Positions 58,975 through 64,000 of a stretch of DNA of 64,000 nucleotides are shown here, piece after piece. The stretch is from Candidatus Latescibacterota bacterium (GTDB lineage: Bacteria > Latescibacterota > UBA2968 > GCA-2709665). The position numbers and the translations under genes were made by a program. Each line of letters starts with the position of its first letter. Within the stretch, counting starts at the first letter, position 1. Location of the stretch: contig CAXXJS010000061.1 of the NCBI GenBank assembly GCA_963662665.2, positions 64,001-128,000 on the forward strand. Reading direction: 5' to 3'. Under the pieces are notes generated by a model that worked only from the letters and a program-made list of their open reading frames with translations, was not told the origin of the DNA and did not search any database.

Positions 58975-60402
58975 ATGAGACGAGAAGACTACTATGAATG
59001 GGCCGAACGTGCCGCACGATGGGGCGGGGAATACCTGTCTACGCTCGAGAATCGGCCTGTTCGTTCGCAGACTGCGCCGGGTGAGATTGCCGCACTGCTG
59101 CCCGCGGCGCCGCCCGAGCGACCGGAAGCCATGGAGACGATCTTCGCGGACTTCGAGCGTATCGTGCCGGGCGGGATGACCCATTGGCAACACCCACGCT
59201 TCTTCGCGTACTTCCCCGCCAGCGCCGCGCCGGCTTCGATGATCGCCGAGAATCTGACGGCGGTGATGGCCGCACAGTGCATGCTCTGGCAGACCTCGCC
59301 CGCGGCCACGGAAATGGAGACCCGGATGGTGGACTGGATGCGCCAGGCGCTCGGTCTGCCGGAGGGTTTCCAGGGAGTGATTCAGGACACGGCAACGTCA
59401 GCCAATCTCTGCGCCGTGCTGACGATGCGCGAACGCGCGCTCGGTTGGCGTGGAATTGACTCCGGAATGGCAGGTGAGAAACGGCTCAGGATCTACGCCT
59501 CGCCCGAGACCCACTCGTCGATAGACAAGGCGATAAGGATCGCCGGGATCGGCCAGCAGAATCTCGTCAAGGTCGCTACGGACGGAGAGGGCGCGCTCGA
59601 CCCGGACGCGCTTCGCGAGGCGATCGATGGTGACCGCGCGGCGGGTTTCCTCCCGGCCGGTGTCGTCCTCTGTGTCGGCGGGACGTCGGTCGGCGCGTCC
59701 GACCGGTTGCGTCCGGCCATCGAGGTCGCGCGCGCGTATGATCTATATGTCCACGTGGACGCCGCGTGGGCCGGTTCCGCGATGATCTGTCCCGAGCAAC
59801 GTGGGTTATGGGACGGCGTCGAGGGGGCCGACAGCATCGTCTTCAATCCTCACAAATGGCTCGGCGCGCAGTTCGATTGCTCCATCCAGTTTCTCGCGGA
59901 CCCGGAACCGCAGGTCCGCACGCTGGGAATCCGTCCGGATTATCTCGAAACCCTCGGCCAGACGGAGGTCACCAACTACAGCGAGTGGACGATCCCGTTG
60001 GGGCGCCGTTTCCGCGCCCTCAAGCTCTGGTTCCTGCTGCGCGCACATGGTCTCGAAGACCTCCGCAAGCGCATCCGGAACCAAATCACGTGGGCCGGGG
60101 AGGCCGCCGCCGTGATCGCATCACTGGACGGATTCCGCCTGATAACGGACTGCCGACTGTCGCTCTTCACGTTCCAGTACGCGGCCGATGGCGAGGATGC
60201 CAACGCCGCCACCGAGCGCCTGCTACGTACGGTCAATGACGACGGCCGGATTTATCTGACGCATACGATCCACGAGGAGCAGTTCGTCATCCGCTTCCAG
60301 GTCGGACAGTTCGACTGCCGAAGAGAAGACGTGCTCCTGGCAGTCGATGTGCTCCGGGAGTTGGCCTCAGGCATCAACCCCCGTGCTCGGAACGGACGTT
60401 GA
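58975..60402 (+). CDS. PLP-dependent aromatic L-amino acid decarboxylase
   Basis: THWQHPRFFAYFP, SPAATEME, HVDAAWAG, FNPHKW, PLGRRFRALKLW. Confidence 0.93.
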   Translation: MRREDYYEWAERAARWGGEYLSTLENRPVRSQTAPGEIAALLPAAPPERPEAMETIFADFERIVPGGMTHWQHPRFFAYFPASAAPASMIAENLTAVMAAQCMLWQTSPAATEMETRMVDWMRQALGLPEGFQGVIQDTATSANLCAVLTMRERALGWRGIDSGMAGEKRLRIYASPETHSSIDKAIRIAGIGQQNLVKVATDGEGALDPDALREAIDGDRAAGFLPAGVVLCVGGTSVGASDRLRPAIEVARAYDLYVHVDAAWAGSAMICPEQRGLWDGVEGADSIVFNPHKWLGAQFDCSIQFLADPEPQVRTLGIRPDYLETLGQTEVTNYSEWTIPLGRRFRALKLWFLLRAHGLEDLRKRIRNQITWAGEAAAVIASLDGFRLITDCRLSLFTFQYAADGEDANAATERLLRTVNDDGRIYLTHTIHEEQFVIRFQVGQFDCRREDVLLAVDVLRELASGINPRARNGR

Positions 60403-60602
60403 TGACGATGGTGCAGATTCGAGGATATTTCGACGAGGCCAGGCGTGAGTTCTAAGAACCGGAAGGGTTGTCCGATCATCTGCTGCTTACCGTGCATAAG
60501 TGCAGGCACAGTTTCCCCGACGAATACAAACGGATAGCATATCCCGTTTAAAGAGCTACTTCAATTTAAGGCCCAGCCGATGCCGAAAAATTAAAGAAGC
60601 AG

Positions 60603-61091
60603 ATGGAGAAACCGGTGAATAGAAACTGCCGTTTTTCCGGCGGATGTAATTGCGGAGCGATTGGATTCGTGCTTCGGAACCCGCCTCTATTTGTTCATGC
60701 GTGTCACTGCTGCGACTGCCAGAAGGCTTCCGGTTCGGCCTTCCGGATTACGACTATCGTCTTGGAAAACGATATCACGTTCGTTCAGGGCAATGTTGCC
60801 TCCAGGAAGAAATCCGAGCAACGAACGGAATTCGTCTGCAAGTCATGCGAGGGTCTCATTTACCTGACGGCCACAAATCACCCGGCAACGGCGCTCCTGA
60901 ACTCGAAAACGCTGGATGAACTCAGGGTGCTGGAGATTGGCGCGCACATCTGGACGTTGGACAAGCACGCCTGGCTCGAGTTGCCAGCTGATGTTCCGCA
61001 GTTTGAAAAGGGATACGACAGGAACAAAGTGTGGCCTCAGCGGAGCCTTGAGCGCGTGCTTCGCGCTGTGAACGACAACGGCCCGACCTGA
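60603..61091 (+). CDS. GFA family protein
   Basis: GGCNCG, CHCCDCQK.SGS, FVCKSC, HIW. Confidence 0.9.
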   Translation: MEKPVNRNCRFSGGCNCGAIGFVLRNPPLFVHACHCCDCQKASGSAFRITTIVLENDITFVQGNVASRKKSEQRTEFVCKSCEGLIYLTATNHPATALLNSKTLDELRVLEIGAHIWTLDKHAWLELPADVPQFEKGYDRNKVWPQRSLERVLRAVNDNGPT

Positions 61092-61150
61092 CTGACGTAT
61101 TCGATCCACGAGAGCCGGTTCTTCATCCGCAAAGGAGGGGAAAGACAGGC

Positions 61151-61519
61151 ATGGAACGCGCGTACCCCATCCTCCGGATTGACGACTACGACATGGCAAA
61201 GCGCTATTATGTCGAGTTCCTGGGGTTCGAAATCGAATTCGAGTGGCGTCATGCTGCGGATTCTCCAGTCTATATGGGCGTTACACGAGGCGGCCTCGCA
61301 CTTCATCTGTCGGAGCATCTCGGCGAACCGGCAGGCAGGCCTGGCGCCGCCCTGTTTCAGGTTGATAAAGTCCTGGATTTCTTCGAAGAGCTGAAGGGTA
61401 AGAAGAGCGACATGACGGAAGCGCCTGTCGACCAGGCATGGGGCTTTACGGAACTGAGGCTTTTGGATCCATTTGAGAATAAGCTGACCTTCACGAGCCC
61501 GACACCCGGGCAGGCGTGA
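61151..61519 (+). CDS. Glyoxalase/bleomycin-resistance-like protein
   Basis: PILRI, LHLSEH, WG..E..L.DPF.N.L. Confidence 0.9.
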   Translation: MERAYPILRIDDYDMAKRYYVEFLGFEIEFEWRHAADSPVYMGVTRGGLALHLSEHLGEPAGRPGAALFQVDKVLDFFEELKGKKSDMTEAPVDQAWGFTELRLLDPFENKLTFTSPTPGQA

Positions 61520-61625
61520 CTGGTATTCGCAGCTTGCGCTACGCCGAACCATGCCAACTTTCCCCTGGACTTCGGCAACCGGTAAAGCGTGATACGCCAG
61601 GCAGGAAATATATGGAGCCGTTCAG

Positions 61626-62096
61626 ATGCGGTTCGATATTGAACCTTTGAGTCAATCAGACGCCGAGACGATCGCTACATGGCGTTACGAGGGCGAATTC
61701 GCGTTTTATGATGCGGAAGCGGATCCCGAAGACTTGGCGGAGCTTCTGGATCCCGCACTTCGAGGCGACTCCATGTTCGCCGTTCGGGAGGGCGCAGGCG
61801 AGCTAATCGGCTACTTCGCGTTCCAGAACGCGGATGGCGTGGTGGATTTCGGTCTGGGGCTTCGCCCGGACCTGACGGGGAGGGGTTTGGGGGCGGACTT
61901 TGCCCGCGCAGGCCTCGGTTTTGCAAGAACCCGATTCTCGCCGAAGACCATCCAGCTTCGGGTCGCAACATTCAACAAACGGGCGATCAAGGTCTATCAG
62001 CGAATCGGTTTCACGGAAGTCGAATACTACATGAATCGGTCGAACGGCGGCGAGTTCGAATTCATCCGAATGGAATTGGTCGATACGCCAGAATAG
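61626..62096 (+). CDS. GNAT acetyltransferase
   Basis: GLGLRPDLTGRGLG, FNKRAIKVY..IGF. Confidence 0.92.
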   Translation: MRFDIEPLSQSDAETIATWRYEGEFAFYDAEADPEDLAELLDPALRGDSMFAVREGAGELIGYFAFQNADGVVDFGLGLRPDLTGRGLGADFARAGLGFARTRFSPKTIQLRVATFNKRAIKVYQRIGFTEVEYYMNRSNGGEFEFIRMELVDTPE

Positions 62097-62181
62097 CAAG
62101 CAGGGTTGAAATTGTGCCAGCGTTGGGAAGCGTAGCTTTCCTGGTTCCTGGATTCAGTATCGCAAGTGATATCGAGCGAAG

Positions 62182-62637
62182 ATGGCTAAGCAGAGTGTTT
62201 ATCTGGATTCAACGATTCCGAGTGCGTACTACGATTCAAGAACACCAGAACATCAGGGACAGACCATTCAGTTTTGGAACCGCCGTTTACCGGACTATGC
62301 ACCGGTAATTTCAAGTGTCGTCCTGTTGGAGATTCGTGCCACTCCAAATGATGAAAGGAGAACGCGTTTAGAAAATCTGGTACAGGACTGCGAGGTCCTG
62401 GTGTTTGACGAAGAAGCCGACACGCTGGCTCAGGAATATGTTACAAGGGGGATTTTTCCGGAGAAATATGTAGATGATGCAAATCATGTTGCCGTTGCGG
62501 TGACCAACGGAATTGGGTATTTTTGCAGTTGGAACTTCACGCACATCGTAAACGTGAATATTCGACGAGAGGTCAATCTTTTTAATGCGTTGAAGGGTTA
62601 TGGACCGATAGAGATTATCGCTCCGCCTGAACTATAG
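62182..62637 (+). CDS. PIN domain toxin-like protein
   Basis: VYLDSTI, DA.H.A.A, SWNF.HIVN, PPEL. Confidence 0.88.
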   Translation: MAKQSVYLDSTIPSAYYDSRTPEHQGQTIQFWNRRLPDYAPVISSVVLLEIRATPNDERRTRLENLVQDCEVLVFDEEADTLAQEYVTRGIFPEKYVDDANHVAVAVTNGIGYFCSWNFTHIVNVNIRREVNLFNALKGYGPIEIIAPPEL

Positions 62638-62647
62638 GAGACCCGGC

Positions 62648-62833
62648 ATGAGGGAAGTGACGCAGGCAGAGAAGGAGACAATCCGGGAGGAAGTTCGGAA
62701 GGAATTTCCAAATGACGGAATGATGCAAGAGATACATTTTATTCGCCAGGTGCACTACCTGCAGTCGAAAGAGATGTCCCTGGACGAGCGGCTTCGATTC
62801 TACGGTGGTGAACGCCGGAAGACGTCGGTGTAG
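62648..62833 (+). CDS. Small protein, probable partner of the PIN protein
   Basis: RBS aggag; 61 aa charged helical protein directly downstream. Confidence 0.65.
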   Translation: MREVTQAEKETIREEVRKEFPNDGMMQEIHFIRQVHYLQSKEMSLDERLRFYGGERRKTSV

Positions 62834-62990
62834 CGAAATCATTGACAAGGCGATGGCGCGACCTTGATAACAGCCCTCTATTGCCTGGAGCGAAGGGGGC
62901 TGTTGACGTATAGAGAATGTCAAAGTATCAGGATTCGGAGATGGGAGATCCTCTGAGGACAGACTTTGTTGCAAGGCAGGTGTCGACACG

Positions 62991-63512
62991 ATGCACCTAT
63001 ACAAAGTAACTGCGCCCCGAAAGAGCAGGCTGTTCAATCCAACGAAATTCTATCGTACTCAGGATTTTCGGAGCAGCAGTCCGCGGCCCAAACCGGGCTA
63101 CATTTCGGAATGCCTGCTCTATGCCGGCGACTTTGACGAAATTTCAATTCACCTGTTTCCAAAGATCCACCGAATAAGAGTCAGGAACTCGGACACCTCC
63201 AGGAGCGAGCTCTCGACCCTGGGATATGAGACGGACCCGGGAAAGCGGTGTCTCATCTTCGTGAATAAGGGGGATGAGACGCAGATAATGGCGTTTGTGG
63301 CCAACGTCTATATTTTCGAGGATCGCCATTTCACGAAGACGCCCAGCAACGAGTACATTTCCAGAGAACCGGTCGAAGCCATCGGATCGGAATCGTATGC
63401 GATGCCTGAAATACTGCGCCGTTGGGGCATTCAACTGGTTTTCGTCGACTCGGTGCCCGAACTATCCTTGGTTCTCACCAACGCTTGCGTCGACTATTCT
63501 TATCAGACGTGA
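62991..63512 (+). CDS. Hypothetical protein
   Basis: 173-aa ORF after RBS-like gcagg; EYISREPV. Confidence 0.65.
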   Translation: MHLYKVTAPRKSRLFNPTKFYRTQDFRSSSPRPKPGYISECLLYAGDFDEISIHLFPKIHRIRVRNSDTSRSELSTLGYETDPGKRCLIFVNKGDETQIMAFVANVYIFEDRHFTKTPSNEYISREPVEAIGSESYAMPEILRRWGIQLVFVDSVPELSLVLTNACVDYSYQT

Positions 63513-63674
63513 ACGGTGATCGGCCCGTATCAACCAATTGCGTGTATTCTGCATAAGATCGACGTACGCACCCGAAGCCATTATACGACACCACACGTGA
63601 CACGATAAATGCCACCGACGATCCGATCGGCTACCTCTGGTGTTCTGTCCCAGAAATAGGTTGCCTATATTCGG

Positions 63675-63755
63675 CCGTCGAGTCGCCCGGCTCGCAAGGC
63701 GCCACCGACCTGCGTAAGTTCGGCAAGCGAAGGCAACGCCGCGAGACGGGATGAA
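63675..63755 (+). other. Decayed attC-like remnant
   Basis: gcccggctcg...accgacctgcg...ggcaacgccgcgagacg shares motifs with 32174 and 1625; limits approximate. Confidence 0.3.
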
Positions 63756-63766
63756 TCGGTGGTCGA

Positions 63767-64000
63767 ATGGCGAGGAATTTTTGGGACAGGGCGATAGATT
63801 CAATTGCCGGGTTCGTCGGAATCGGACCCAGCCGGGATCCGGTGGATGAACGCCTCGGCGAAATTGATACGATCGCTGTCGATCCATCGCACTGGCGCGC
63901 AGGAATTGGCAAGGCATTGATGTCCGTCGCATTGCGTTATCTGGTTGCAGACGGCTACAACGAGGCAGTCGTGTGGACCGTCGAGGGCTACGAGCGGGGG
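63767..64000 (+). CDS. GNAT acetyltransferase, truncated by the window end
   Basis: IAGFVGIGPSRD...IAVDPSHWRAGIGKALM. Confidence 0.8.
   Translation, partial: MARNFWDRAIDSIAGFVGIGPSRDPVDERLGEIDTIAVDPSHWRAGIGKALMSVALRYLVADGYNEAVVWTVEGYERG

Noticed and set aside
1-64000. CRISPR array, tRNA or rRNA genes
   Set aside because: No regularly spaced identical repeats, cloverleaf or rRNA-like sequence was seen; the repeats present are attC, REP or MITE types.
1-64000. Integron integrase (intI) gene
   Set aside because: No ORF shows tyrosine recombinase motifs (HxLRHS/T...Y).

Overview
This is a GC-rich bacterial accessory region with no core housekeeping genes, rRNA, tRNA or CRISPR array that I can see. 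Almost every intact gene at 1-50.7 kb and 59-64 kb is short, stand-alone and on the + strand: SAM methyltransferases, GNATs, NUDIX, VOC/glyoxalases, APH-like kinases, HIT, HAD, ankyrin proteins and toxin-antitoxin pairs, mixed with gene fragments. The organising principle appears to be an integron cassette array with no integrase in view. Five consecutive cassettes at 26.3-34.6 kb keep attC sites whose R' and R'' ends cross-match as expected for integrated circular cassettes, and decayed attC-like remnants occur across the rest of the window. Mobile DNA includes an IS1380 and an IS256 (both with target duplications), three copies of a ~200 bp MITE, one of which is interrupted by a complete group II intron, and several REP-like palindrome families. 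At 51.9-57.3 kb (- strand) lies a promoter-driven four-gene operon: unknown protein, degenerate DUF2791/BrxD-like ATPase, intact DUF2791/BrxD-like ATPase, and an SNF2 helicase with an unknown N-terminal domain. It has no BREX or Shango partners and is a candidate new defence module. Family calls come from motif recognition by eye, not database searches.
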